Shown: positions 36,301 to 50,367 of the stretch, one piece after another
Numbering within the stretch: position 1 is the stretch's first letter
How the letters are laid out: the number at the start of each line of letters is the position of its first letter
Origin: Octopus bimaculoides
Taxonomy: Eukaryota
Assembly: GCF_001194135.2 (NCBI RefSeq)
Contig: NC_068983.1
Location: 157,580,143 to 157,644,142, forward strand
Length of the DNA stretch: 64,000 bases
Direction: 5' to 3'
Program-made: the position numbers and the translations under genes
The notes under the pieces: generated by a model
What the model saw: the letters and a program-made list of their open reading frames with translations, nothing else
The model's database searches: none
What the model was told of the DNA's origin: nothing

Positions 36301-39300
36301 AATTTTATGGTTGCATTATCAAACTCTGCACATGTTGCACTCTCCACTGTTCAGTACACCTATTGTTAACTCTAGATTAGCCTTTATCAAAGATATTATG
36401 GCCAAAGCATCTCATATTTTCTCTATGTACAGGGAACACAGCACCATGTTATCAAATATGCCTTTTTTTTAAGACCGTGACTACTATTTATAGCTTGTCA
36501 AGTAACCATGAAAAAGCTCTCAGATTCTGGTGGTTTCCATGTTGAAGATGAGCCAAGCAAACTCAGAGCATGGAAGTCACTGTTCCTCTGCATTTAATGT
36601 TGGTGGTTTGTATCCCTGTTTAATATTTGGAGCTCATGTCATTATGATATTGTCTTGGTTTAGTGAGTGAGAAAATGTGTTTTAAGAATGTCCTTCCAGT
36701 AGTGTTCTTGGATATTAAATATATCTAGGTGTGTTATTGGTGTTTTTAAAGATTACTCTTCTACATATGTATTCAGTTTCTCAAAAAACTTAACAAAAAA
36801 AAAAAAAACCCAGTTGTTCAAGTAGAAAAATTTACTAAAATCTCTTTTATTTATTAAGTCATTATACTTTTACTACTGGTTGTTGTGTAGCTCAAATTAA
36901 CTCTACTCAGATGTCTCCATGGTGGGTCTAATGTATTGTTATATAACTGCTGTAAAATCATTCAGGTACTTACATCATGTGCTTCAAATGCTGAAGTGGA
37001 ATGTTTGAACTGAATAAAGCAATTATTTTGTTTACAAGTTCAGTTTGCTATAAAATACAAATAACAATGGAAAATTTTCTTTTGACTACATTGCTTTGAT
37101 GGTACTTTATTGATAAATTCTATACACTTTTCTGCATATTCTAATTTTACTAAAGCCTCATCAGACACTAAACTTTGATCTGTAACTGCTGATGTATATT
37201 GAGATGAGTGCATTAGAGATTGATTTCTTTCCAGGAGCTTGCCTGTTTATATTCAACAATGACTTTTTGAGAGAACTCTTTATTGAATTTAGAGCAGACC
37301 ATCATCAAAGCTTCTTTTTCTGAAAGCTGTTTAGAAAATGCAGAGGTTTGTCAATGGTCTTCTCTCACTCTCAGTGCTCCATTTACAACGGTCATAAAAA
37401 TAATCCAGCTCCTTTAGTAATAAGCATGCCATTACTGGCTTCTCTCATGATTGCTCTATTTATCCAGCAAAGAACAAAACTCGCCACAGCTACAACAATG
37501 AACATTTTTCCATAAGTATGTCAGTCAAAAAGGACCACAACCAGAACATCAGCATCTAAGACTTACAATAACAAGAATACATCAAGCAAAGTAACTTAAA
37601 ATGCTGCTATTAGCATATATATTTCATGAACATATTTATTGATGTTTTATTTAAGTAGTGTTGCTAGTTTCATAAATATTTGCTCGGCCTTCTCTCTCTC
37701 TCTCAACATCCCAGAAAATATCTTTGAATTGACTTATCAACTCAATCTAAAAAGACTGCTTTGGAATTTTTCTATTTAATCAAAAGATATATTCAAATGT
37801 TTTTCGGTAACTTTGTGTTCCTCTATAAATCATGAGGCATAGCTTTCTTAAATGACTCAGTTCTATAATAATTGAATTTAGAGGATCATTAAACAAATCT
37901 TATTGTTGTTTACTTGTTTTTCTGTTGGCAACTCCTCCCTCCTTTTACTTATCCCCACCTAGATAACAATTTGAAACCAGTTGCTGCTAAATCTTGCCTC
38001 TTTTTGCCAGTTTATTCAATATTTAATGTGAAACTAAATAGCTTCTTAGTGAAATCATTTAGTCTTTCATTAAGCCTTCAATTTCTTCATTTTATGAGCA
38101 CAAGTATTAGTAGTAAGAAATAGTGGGCAACAATGTCTTATTATCAACTACTTATAAACAATAAACCACTGTTGTTTTCTGGAAGCCTATTGAACATCTT
38201 AGACTAAGTGCAACAGCAAACATAACCTGAAAGTAGTATAAGAACAGATTTCATTTCACATTGACCATAAGATTTCAAGCTGTCGGGCACTTATTCCAAG
38301 TTACCATTTGGTGTGACTAATTCCATAAGTGCTTTTCAAAGAATAATGGATGGTGTAATTACTGACATTGATGTCAAAGGTGATCATACATATTTTGTTG
38401 ATTCATATATAAATACATGCAACCACTCTCTGAGTGGTTGGCATTAGGAAGGGCATCCANNNNNNNNNNCCATGCTAGCATGGAAAGCGGACGTTAAACG
38501 ACAACGATGATGGTGATGATGATTGTCAAAAACCTTTTGAGGAGCACAGTGGAAACTTAACTCAGTTTATTTCACTTACTGAGTGACTCAACTGTGACAT
38601 ATGTCTTCTTTGTTTAACATCTGTTTGTTACTTAGGTTACAATATAAAAAAAAATAATTCTCTGCAACCTGATCTGAAAAAATTGAAATCCCTCATTGAT
38701 TACCATATGGCTATAGCTATTGTAGAATGTGTTCGGAAATGGTCAATTTTGAGGTTACTTCGCATTTACATTCTGATCAACAAGTGATCTCATCTATATT
38801 TAGTTATAAAAGTAGAAGAGAAATGAAATTCTTCATTGAGTTAATCGAATGTGGTGCATAAGAGTGCTCTTGGTGTATTTCTGTGACTTGTGACATTTTA
38901 CTTTTATTTTTTTTTACATTTCTCAATGCTCTGCCTTTCACTTGGATCTCAAACAAATAACAATTTTGATGACCTGTTTGTTGTTATAAAATCTGTCACA
39001 GAGCTTCTGTATAGAAGTCAACCAATATGTTGTATGTTTATAGTTTCAGTTAGTGAGGACAGATGAGGTGGGTATGGTGGAATTGGTCAGGCCAGGCGAG
39101 TTGCTTTTGCTCTTACAATTCTAGTCGTGTATATTCAAGCAGAGTGTTTGGAGCTATTGTTATTGATGCTGTGACTAGTGTTTGTATGATTGTGTCATTC
39201 ACTGACAGAAAAAATAAGAATGAGTGAAAAGGTTGTTAGAGGGATGAGAGGGTATCAAAGAGGTTGAAGCTGAAAACCTGACAGAATACATACACAAATA

Positions 39301-39335
39301 TATAAATACTTACACTCATGTATGTGTGTGCGCGC

Positions 39336-39366
39336 ACACACACACACACACACAAACACACACAAA

Positions 39367-39442
<76 letters not shown>
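39336..39442. repeat. (CA)n microsatellite
   Basis: Direct reading. Other microsatellites include (TA)n 1-48, (CA)n 20945-20995 and (TAC)n(TAA)n 25973-26037. Confidence 0.95.
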
Positions 39443-39446
<4 letters not shown>

Positions 39447-39591
39447 TGAGTGGACAAATGAGAGGCACTCAACACATTTAGCAGGCATTACATATAATAT
39501 CATTTTAAAACGGTTTGATTTGGTCTTAAGCAACTGAAAATTTCATAGACTCCTCACCTCGCTCATCAGGCTCAGATGACGGAATCATGCA

Positions 39592-40480
39592 TCATCATCA
39601 TCATTTAACACTCGTTATCCACACTGGCATGGGTTGGCTGGTTTGACTACAGCTGGCACGCCAGGGAGCTACACCAGACTCCAGTCTGATTTGGCAAGGT
39701 TTCTACTGCTGGATGCCCGTCCTAACACCAACCACTTTACAATATGTGCTGGGTGATTTCATGTAGTATTGCACGGTGCTTTTACATGACACCACCATGA
39801 GTGCTTCCCACCACCTGAAGGACCAGTCTTAACACCTCTGCTATGGAGTTCAATTCTTGAGTACAGCAAGACCCCAGGTATCTTGGTCCTTTGCCATCTT
39901 GCCTGAAAGGTTCAACATCCTGTGGTTGTTCTTCATTACTTCATCTTATGTCTTCCTGGGTCTCCCACTTCCATGTGTTCCATCTACTTTGAGAGATCGG
40001 CACTTCTTTATGGAGCTGTTGGCATCCATCTGCATCACATGACCAAACCAGTGCAGTCTTCTCTCTTGCATACTGCATCTAATTCCTCATGTGCCTAACT
40101 TCTCTCTCAATACACTAGCACTTTGTTGAACATGTACACTTATATTACACATCCAGCAGAGCATATTAATCTCGTTCATTTCTAACGTTCGCATGTCCTC
40201 TGCATTCAGGGCCAACATCTCACAACCATATAGAAATGCTGTCCTTATACATGTATCATACAATCTTCCTTTCACTTGGAGAGAGAAACNNNNNNNNNNT
40301 GAATTTCCTCCATCCTATTCTTATTCTAGCTATCACACTCTCCTTGCATCCTCCCTCACTACTAATTTGGTCCCCTTGGTAGCAGAAATTATCTATTACC
40401 TCTAATGAGCCACCAGGGCATTTGAGAGAATTAATTTCCTGAGTCCCAGCTTCCACCATTACCAACTTTACTGTTCATTT
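39592..40480 (-). mobile_element. RTE-clade LINE, 5'-truncated (ORF2 C-terminus, 3' UTR and (ATG)n tail)
   Basis: Translates LEVIDNFCYQGDQISSEGGC...ARIRIGW, KGRLYDTCIRTAFLYGCE, LHWFGHV and GRPRKT. It is followed directly by the tail found dispersed across the window. Confidence 0.88.
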
Positions 40481-40717
40481 TGCCATGTCTGTATGTGAGT
40501 GTTCTCTCACACTATGTTGCCAATCATTCTAGTCCTTTGTCATCTCTTCTAAGAGATGCAACAACTTTGGATCAGTCTTCACTACTTTAACCCAGGTATT
40601 TTTTGAGAGGTGTGTGTGTAAAAAGAGACACAAAGAAAGCTCATCTTCTGCATTGGTATATAATTCTGCTTCCATTTTTACTTCATTTTATTTTCAGCAG
40701 ACTATTTGGATCTGAAA

Positions 40718-40826
40718 ATGGGCAAGCATCAATTCGCCAAAATCTTCCTTATTTTTTTAACATTTGCTGTGCACATTGCTATGCTTGGTGTTAGTTACTT
40801 GGCAGTATTTCCAGAAAAAAGTCAAG
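40718..40826 (+). CDS. Uncharacterised multipass membrane protein (TspO-like motif), coding exon 1
   Basis: ATG follows a 3' splice site (ttttcag/cag at 40697/40700), so a 5' UTR exon lies upstream. Translates MGKHQFAKIFLIFLTFAVHIAMLGVSYLAVFPEKSQ(G), a hydrophobic helix. Phase-1 donor G|gt. Confidence 0.75.
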
Positions 40827-43800
40827 GTAATAATCTTTTAATGTCTTTAAACTGTTATGTAAAAATTAAGCTCTCTTTAACATCAGTGAAACCTACTTTG
40901 ATAATAGAATAGTACCTTCAGATCTTATGTTTCATGAGAGGTGATTAATAGATGAAACACCTAATAAAAATTTGAAAGAGTCCTTAAAGCTCAATTTTGT
41001 TGACAGTGGATAAGATGTGGAAAGAAGCTGATGTATAAGATCTTGAATAGGCCATGGGCCATAACTTGTAGCAATAAAAGAATGTGATATTTTTGGTTGA
41101 GCTGGGGGCACTGAGATAAGAATCCTATCCTCACTTTTGTTTGAACCTCTGAAATTGAATGGTTGGGCTGGTCCGGTTAGTTAGCTGATCATGCCAGATT
41201 TAATAGAATCCACTTAAATAGGGTCAGTTGGTGTTGGAGCTACTGTAGTTATAATGTGGCTGAATATACCACTTATGTAACCCAAATATAGTGGTTCACA
41301 ATCTTTTTGGCTTCATGATGTCCTGGATATCAAATAACAATAACTGGCCCATTAGAAATCAGATAAAAACAATTACTAAAGTTAATAAAACTGTTTTAAA
41401 ATTTAAAAATTGAGTGAAACATAGTAAACTATTATTTAGACTGAAATATGTGATTTAACCCTTTAGCACTTAAACTGGCCATATCCAACCTAGATATTCT
41501 TGTTTTATGCTCAAACTGGTCAGATCTGGATTATCTTACCTACCCTACAATGTCATTCTGAAAATATACAATCACATCATTGAAATTTTGAAGCTATGAA
41601 TTAATGTATGATTAATTCAAAACAATGTGGATAGATAAGCATTACATTTGACACAATAAATGGAATGTTAAACTGTTAAGGCAGATTTGGCTGCTATTTC
41701 TTGTAAGTTGAGTAACTTCTTCATTAGTCAGATTACAAAGTTCTCTTTTGTTGGCTCAAATGATTTTTTCTCTGCAGGTATTTACACTGATTGTTATTAC
41801 CATATTTCTTTTGAAAAACAGTTTTTTTTTTTGATTAATTTTGAAAATAATGAAGGGTTTAATAAAATAACTTTGTCATTATGAAGTTAATGTTTGGAAC
41901 ATAAATTAATTATGAAATTTTGATTGAAGATTTTAATTTAGATCACATTCAAGCATGAAGTTTCTATAATAGTACTAAGGGCAGTCTCAAGTGCATTGAT
42001 ATCATGTTTTTCAAGATATTCATTAGTATAGATTTTCCAAATCCTTAAATTAAGTTTTAAAATCCATGTTTGTACCTAGATGCATCTTTTGGCACATTAA
42101 GAACCACTGTCTTAATGCATGAATTCGGAGACCTGCAGTCTTTGTGACCTTTCTGGTGGGTCAGGAACAAAGATAATGATGTCAATCCATTTTAATGGCA
42201 TCTTGTTCTTATTTTATCCAAACCTTTGGAACAATCTTGAAATAACTCAAATTTTCAATCTCCAAATGGACCCTCCTTGACAATGAGGAAACTTATTTTT
42301 TGAATTGCTGATATTAATCCAAGTAGAAGAATAAAGGAATATGTACAAGTGGAATTTGCAAACACAAGACATTCAAAAGTTGTGGAAAAGTCCAGTAATT
42401 GACCAAAGATTTTGGTATTAGAAGAAAAATATTTGACAGAGCACAAGTAATTCCAAACTATATACGAGAAGTTTGAAACTATGAAATCAAGAGTAATATT
42501 TGTAGAAAGAGCGAAGTAGGATCATACAAATGCTTTTATGTATGAACGATTTGATAGGTTTGGAAATGAAAGTTATTCTTCATAATATATCAGTAAGAGT
42601 TCAGAATAAAAATCATGAAAGTGACTTTTAGTTTATTGTTGGTGAAGAGAATTTGCTTCCTAAAGTATAACTTGTTAAAAACTTCTTGTTTGTAAAATCT
42701 TGTTTTATTTTTACAAGCACTTTATTCCTGACTTCTGATATGCTTGTTTCCTACGTCAAATTGCTCTTATTTGGATATTGTCATGTCAAATTTGCTATTC
42801 AAAAAGCAGCTAGAAAGAGAAATTAGTTCATAGTGTGGAGAAAGTCACAATGGTGTTAACACACATGAAAATTGTACTGGCTGTAAGTAAAGTTGATTAT
42901 GACTTTGCAAATCTGAATTTAAATTGATAAAGAGAAAAAAACTCAAATGTATATATAAGTTTCAATTCAGGTAACAAAAAAAGAAATTATAACCTCTTGT
43001 TTTTCTATAGTGCTTCACTTTGTCTATCACTGCAAAGAGCTAGAAATACAGCACCTAGATGTGTGTATGTGTGAGTGTGCCCATACCCCCACCCCATAAA
43101 AAATTATTTCTCCTTTATAGTTGACCTTATTTTTTTTCCTAAACAGGTTTGGTTGGGCAAGCAAGATGCATTAAGCTCAAAACATGAGTAAATATATATT
43201 TAATTGTTATAAGTTACAATGGTTGAGAGTGTCATGCATGACATTCGTCAAACTGTCTTGCATGAAACTCTTGGTTCTTGAATCACTTTGTAACCTCTGC
43301 CTATTAAAAATTAAACTAATATATTTCTAAACGAAATTTTTACTCATATTTGACCTTTCAGTAATTTTTATTGTTCTTTGAAAGAATTTATCATTTTTCT
43401 TGAACCAAAACCTGAAAAGACTATGCTTGTCCTGAAATTATAGGCTTATTTCATTAACAAGCTCCATATGTAAAACTTTTTAATGAATGATTAATGATCA
43501 GTTGGTTTCTTGAACAGAACAGTATCTTCATTGGTTCTGTATATTTCAGAGTCTTTGAAACTTAAGATTATCTGATTTGCTTGGAAACATACATTTTGTG
43601 ATGCCTTATTAGCAAAAAAAAAAACCCACGGAAATCAAAATTCTTTGATGTAGAAAAGACTGACAGCTTAGAAATATAAAATCTCAAAAGTTGCTTTCAA
43701 TATAAATTTACATGGTAACACGATAAATTTTATGTTTTTGATATATATGTTTCATTGTATTGACCAGACTATAGGATGTCGTAGATCACTGGTCACAATT

Positions 43801-44010
43801 TGCATTGTAGCTCTCAAATGATGGCACCCTGTTGGCTAGATGGGTAGGCTGACATTCCCACTAAATGGAATAGCAATCTGTCACAGGGTTACCCATTTAT
43901 TGCTGAGTGGATGAGAGCAACATCAAAGGAAGTGTGTTGCTCAAGTCTGGGAAATGAAACCACTATCTTGCAATCATGTGTGCAACACCTTAACCACTAG
44001 GCTATGCATC

Positions 44011-44407
44011 TGTAGTAACGCCTTAATAGCAGACGACATATCCGGAAAGCTTATCCACGCATGCGCAGGGACTAGTTCCGGAAGGAACACAGGAAGAGTC
44101 TCATGCGCATGTGTGGTCATTGGATATTCAAGCTTCGCGCCCTTATTCATTCTCTTTTCTCGCCGGCCGACGGAGAGCTCAGACGTACAAGCAGACTCTC
44201 TCCAACATTCCAACTCTGGAGACAGCTCTTTCCAACACTCCAACTCTGGAGCTAGACAAATAACCAACCAACACCACTGACGGCGTCTCAGCAACCAAAG
44301 GGCGAAGTGCTGCCTATTTCCTCTGTAAATAAATATTGTTGTGTTGATGGTTCAGAATCTGCGTTCCGTTGTTTCTTCAGAATTTAATGTACGGAAGCGG
44401 GTATACA
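44011..44407 (+). mobile_element. Solo-LTR-like element in the membrane-gene intron
   Basis: TGTA...TACA termini, locally CpG-rich, with AATAAA near the 3' end. No TSD is visible. Confidence 0.55.
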
Positions 44408-45068
44408 CCTAATGGTGTATAACCACTTTCCTAAACATCTTAGTGTGTGTGTGTGTAATTGTAAACTTTTTTGAACAGCAGTTGGGAATTTCTAGTCTAG
44501 CAGGACTTTTGTTTTTCGCACCGTTTAACCTGAAAATGATCAGATTAGCCGAATTCTTAATCATATCAGTATTTTTTGTATACTGATGCAGAAAAAACAT
44601 AGTAAACATCTATATTAGCTTGCTTAACAATGGTTTCAAATTTTCTAAAACTGAGAAGATTGTGTATACATTTTTGTAATGTTCCTTTACTATGAATGCC
44701 AGTTTATTGAGTTCCATTGTACTCAAACACTTGAAATTAGTATTGCATAGCAAAAATTTACTCTGTACTTGCAGAAAGAAGTGAATTAAACTTTTTAACA
44801 TAATGTTTTTGTTTCAAAATTTTAAAACTATTGCAATTTATAGCTCTAATTAAACTTCATCTTTCATTTGATATGTTTCAAGATAGATGGGAGCTTGTCT
44901 TTTACTCATACTATATATATGTATGTTTGTATGTAAGACAAAAATTGAATTCATAATTGATTTCAATTTTCATGTTGAATACTGAAAATAAAGAAGATGA
45001 AATTTAGATTTATGCAAATTTTCAAAGATTTTTTTGTCTTTTTCTAAGAATTTGTATTTTCTTTATAG

Positions 45069-45862
45069 GCCTGTTTACTGCTGAAACTGGTAACATTTCT
45101 CATAAATATGATCTGGCTGCAGTTCCTGATGATTCAACTTTCTCCATTTGGGGTGCAATTTACCTGTTAGAAGCAGTGTGGCTTTTTTATGCAATCACAA
45201 CTGTATTTCGGTCAACTTCCAAAGGACCTTTATATGTTTCATGTAATGTAATGCCTCCTCAAATGCTTATTGCTTTTATACTTAACTGTGTTATTAATAT
45301 AATTTGGTTAATTTTGTTTGACAGAGAAAAAATTCTTTATTCTGGTATCATTATTCCCTTCCTTCCAATTTGCCTTATATACTGCCTAGTCCTTTCTCAT
45401 AGAAGATTGCATTCTTATTCTGTCTTCATGATTAAAGAATCTTTGCTTTTTGATGTTTGGATTAATCGTTTCTTAGTCCAAAATGGTATTGCCATAAATG
45501 CTACATGGACATTTATTGCAACATGTTTGAACTTCGGAATGGTTCTTACCTATGTTTATGATGTCAAAGAAGAAATTTCTAGTATTATTGTTCTGATGAT
45601 GGTGTCGATTGGAACTCTGTTATATACTTACTTTGATTACAAGCGCAAACTTACCCACTATACAGTGACACCATATATGGTTGTTTGCTGGGCTACAGTT
45701 GGCATACTGCTTAAACATGCTGCAGAAACTTCTTGGACTAATATTACTATATTGTCTGTTGTTCTCCTGGTTGGTACTTGCATTGTGTTGGGGTTCAAAG
45801 TCTTCTCCATTTTATTTCCATTAAAAACTGATCGTAAAAGTAAGGTGAAGAAAAGTTCTTAA
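45069..45862 (+). CDS. Uncharacterised multipass membrane protein, coding exon 2 (300 aa total)
   Basis: ag|GC completes the phase-1 Gly and the frame stays open to TAA at 45862. Motifs PDDSTFSIWGAIY, NIIWLILF and QNGIAINATW..IATCLN. About 7-8 hydrophobic segments by eye. Ends KVKKSS. Confidence 0.9.
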
Positions 45863-48800
45863 ACATGAAAGTCCGTTGAAATTAGAGGACAAATAAATCT
45901 CACAACTAAATATAAGAAAATATTTTTTTAGTACAAATTCTTTTTACTAAGACTATCTTTAATTTTATATTTTACTGATACTTATTTATAAAACACATTG
46001 GAGTGGCAGCTGAACTTAAAACTATAAGGGCCTAAACTATTTTCAAAAAAACTTCTTTTTATATATGTATGTGGATTCCATTGCTCTCCAAAATGGAAAA
46101 AGCTACATTTTTCTAAGTCAATATATCCAATAAGTACAAATCATCTCTCAAGATACTTGTCATACATTTTTTAAAACATGCTTATAGTTATTACAAGCAC
46201 CCAAGCCTTTCTTAACATTATAACAATCTTAAAGTTATAAGAATGATAAATTGGATGTCTTCTTTATTAATTGCCCATCATCTGGTACAGTATCAAAAAT
46301 TACAGATTCAATACTTTAGAAAGCTAAATTTCTATACATGTTCATCATAGTGGTACTAAATTGTCATTAAGATTACTTCTAACTTTAAAGAAAAATCATC
46401 AAAATGCCTTTTGAATTTCATTCACTTGAACTTTTAATCTCAATACATTGATTAAAATATAAAGTTTACACTAAATTAGATTATATTTTTCCACTGAAAA
46501 TTGTATAATTTTTTTTTTTTTTTTAAATTTTCATATAATAAGCAAACTGAAAAATTAAACAGAATGATATTTTCCTATGTAAAGTTTTAGAATTCAGTAT
46601 TATACATTGAAATCATTTATACATTAAATCATTGATACAAGTTTGTGACAAAAACACTTATAGATTGTGTCTTTTAAAATGTTTGAAGTAATTTAATATA
46701 CTACTCATTGTTTCAAGGATATTTGTGGATCATACTGTTACTATGTCTCAATTATCATGTGTAACTTTTCTTATTGAACTGTTTTCGCTGTGTTTTAAAA
46801 GAACTAAAACTTGTATATAGACTGACTTTTGCACTTTTTTACATTTTCATAATCAAACTTTCCATAACAAAATTGCATTAGTTTTTCTCATTTTTATGTA
46901 GTAATTTTTAAATAAAAAAATTATTAAACATTTTATTATATTGTTTTGTTCGTTTTTTTTTCCTCCTCTTATTTGTGAATTTACATAAGTATTTAAATGT
47001 AAGTATCTTAGAATTCACTGTGAAAGGATTTTTTGTTTTTCAATTTATTCAATAAAATGATCTCCAGAAAGCATCTTGAAAATCTTTTGAGAACCAAACC
47101 AATTACTTGAGTTGATCAAAAGTATTATTCTTCAATAGGTAATAATCTCTATTAACTTCATGAAGAGACCAGCAAGAACCAGTCTACTTCTGGTCATAAC
47201 TATGAAAGGAATTGAACTCTCTACTGCAAGTTAATGAATGACTTGTTGATTTTTAAAGTTGCTGTTATTTTCGGTGAAGATTGTCAAAGTAGCACTGCAT
47301 TGTGTGTTACAAGATATGAATCACTAATTGTTTAGTATACTTTCAACTCAGGACCATTACATAATGATTCCCAAAGCATACCAATGTCACAAAAATATAG
47401 CTAGGTGTTTTGTGAAAATAAAATTAGATTTAAAAATTGTGAAAACTACAAAATATAATTCTAAATATAGTCTTTAATGGGGATTCATTTATTGAATAAA
47501 GTAGTAGGTTATTTTCTGTAGTGTTTTTGTAGGCATAATCTTTTGTTTTACTTGTTTCAGTCATTTAACTACATTTTCCTACAGTGACAGGGTATAAACC
47601 AAAAGGAAAATTAATCTGATGGAAATATGTTTTAAAGTGTTGGTGCAATTGTTTAGGGATATAAACTGAATTGAAGCTTTCACACATGCTGTTTGCTCCC
47701 TGAAGCTTTAATTGTGTTGTAATAGTTTGCATAATTTGATGTTTTTAAATCCATTTCTCAGTAATATTGATTTTAATAATACAAAAGTTATTTTTGTGAA
47801 TGCGAAAGCACAATATAGATAAGATTCATCTATTTCATTCAAATATCAAAGTCTAAATGCGTAAAGATGATCATGAACATATACTAAAAGATCAACATGA
47901 AATCTTCAGTCATTGTATTTTGTTTGGAAGCAAGTTTATTTAAGGTAAATAGATGAATAAATGAAAAATACAAAAATTAAAAAAAAAAAAATTTTCATTT
48001 CAGAAAATATACAACAAGAGTCAACTCCATGTTTATGATGATATAATTTTAATTTGTAACTGAAAGAGACCTGGATAAATGAAGCAGTTAACATGAATCA
48101 TATCCCATTTGTTATCTCCCCTTAGCTATAATTAACTTAAGATATGAAGATATGAATAATGTGTTTGTTTGAATCCGATCAGAGAATAAATATAATACTT
48201 AATTAAAAGTCGTCCCTTTTATGAATATCAACAAAGATTTAAAAAGAGTTTCATAAAAATCTATGGTTCCAGTAGATGTTCCCAAAGAATCAATGCATGT
48301 ATAGACTTGAAAGGCATGATTTGGTAAATATTCCATTAATGCCAGATGTAAAAAATTTAAGTAGCAAAAAATTTCTCATGGTGCTTGGAGGCCACAAGGA
48401 GTGTATGTAAATGTCATACTTCAACTTTACATTGGATTTGGCCCGATCAGAAACCCTAAAGTGAAATAATGTGGAATACCCAAATCTGTTGATTCACCTT
48501 AATGTTTGGATGATTTGAGAAATAGCATGAAAAATGCATTAATAAAAGTGAAAATTCTAATATATATATATATGGAAAATTAATAATGCAAAACTGTCAC
48601 CATAGATATGAAAGGAAGCACCATACTTCCTCTTTCCATTTCTGAATATGTAGGGCACTTTCTTGTTGCTGTCTATAAACTTAGGCAGACTCTAACTTGG
48701 TGTATTGTCAGGTTGTTCTTTTTACCCTTGTTGGCACTATTTTTTTTTTACTACCACATCCAGAAATAGAGATTATATTCATTCTGTACAATGTATTGAC

Positions 48801-50166
48801 TTGTCCTGAGTGAAAAAATACATGACCAATATGATGTAGAAAAGAACATGGTAGTGTACTTGTGTCATTCATAATGTCTGTAGTTGCTATCCAAAACAGG
48901 GATGAGTCGAAAACATGGTCTGTCTTGTTTAATTTTAAGTGCAGCAAAGACTATAATAATTAGTATGTATCATTTTAGCAATTTAGTTTTGAGTAGAAAA
49001 TGATTGATAGAGCAATACAAAAGAAATCAGACGGATAGTTACTAATTACTTATGTAAAGATTGGTGTAAAACAAGATCACATAATACATTTACCATTCAT
49101 AGATTCATTTGGATAGTATATAACCAGAACATAAGTGATCAGATGAAATAAAGGTTAATTTAAAAACAACAGTGTAAATCAGTGAAACTGATGAAAAGAA
49201 GAGATGTGTAGGTTGCTGCGATACTATTTTGAAAGCAGTGATATCAAACAAAACCATTGATAGTAATTATCAAGCCACTATTGTGGCTTGAATGATTTAT
49301 CACATATAATAAAGAGACTAAAATGGATTTATTTACAGGCAGCTATTAAATTCTAAACATTTTTTTTTCACATAGAAAAGCTGTATACCAACATGTGTAA
49401 ATAAGATTTAATAACAACATACAAGTTGCTATTTAGTGAGGTTGCAAAGCTTGGATATCACCATGGTGTGGAACATTACTCCTATATCTGAGTTACTGAC
49501 GAGCCAAATCAAATTTGAAAAAAAACCCATTTGTTTTCAATATCTGGTTAACAGATAACAAGTAGCTTCCTCAGTCTTTTCTCTTGTTAGCTGTAAAAAA
49601 AAGAAAGTTGCCATTCTACAATTATCACTCCTCCAAGATAATGCATCAAACAAAATACAAATCTCAGGAATTTATGACTTTGGAATGCCTTTCCTATACA
49701 TGTTACCTGCTATACTTCTACAAAATTAACATCAGCTAAGGGGTTTTTCTCTGGTGAGATACTTGTCTGATCCTTCTCTAGGAAGTCATAAATAAAACAT
49801 CTTACATGTTTTATTTTTTACCCTTTTTACAATACAGTTATGTTCCAACCTATATTTTAGAAGGTAGAAAATGTCTGTTTGGCTAAAACAATCATTTAAC
49901 ACTTTCAAAACCAGCATTACCAATAGTATTTAGTATAATTAATCTTAAAATGCTACCCTTTTGTGATTTATAGCAAAAACTGCTGTTAACACTCTTCTTA
50001 AAATTTCAGTGAGAAATGATTTGTGGCTCTAAATCTACATAGGTGTATTTTAATCATTATCAAAACAATTTAAAATGCTGGAGCTGACAAAGAAAGGGTT
50101 AAATGGAATTCATGCTCATTCACATCTGATTGACACCAGCATGAAGTCCTTTACACTGTAAAGTCA

Positions 50167-50367
50167 TTACATATCCTCTTGCATATAGCGTAAATACTTT
50201 TCATGATTTGCTTCATAGCTGTGAGATTGGTATTGGCCTTCACAGGTTTGTAGTTGCTTAAAAGATGTACCAGACAAGGTTTGAAGTACATAATCTCCAA
50301 TGTCAAAGGAATATAATTCATTCCAAGAGAGGCGACCATCATGGTTGCTGTCAATCAAGTTGAGAAA
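50167..50367 (-). CDS. JmjC-EF-hand protein terminal coding exon
   Basis: ctttccttcag|TTT. Translates FLNLIDSNHDGRLSWNELYSFDI...RYMQEDM then TAA. DSNHDGRLSWNE is a canonical 12-residue EF-hand loop. Confidence 0.88.
   Translation of the reverse strand, partial: FLNLIDSNHDGRLSWNELYSFDIGDYVLQTLSGTSFKQLQTCEGQYQSHSYEANHEKYLRYMQEDM

Noticed and set aside
34850-37700. Possible decayed non-LTR retrotransposon on the minus strand (also 20000-20390, 18050-18500, 42230-42580)
   Set aside because: Only fragmentary peptide resemblance. Boundaries and clade cannot be supported without a profile search.
50167-50181. C-terminal QEDM as a KDEL-like signal
   Set aside because: It does not fit the [KRHQSA][DENQ]EL pattern.
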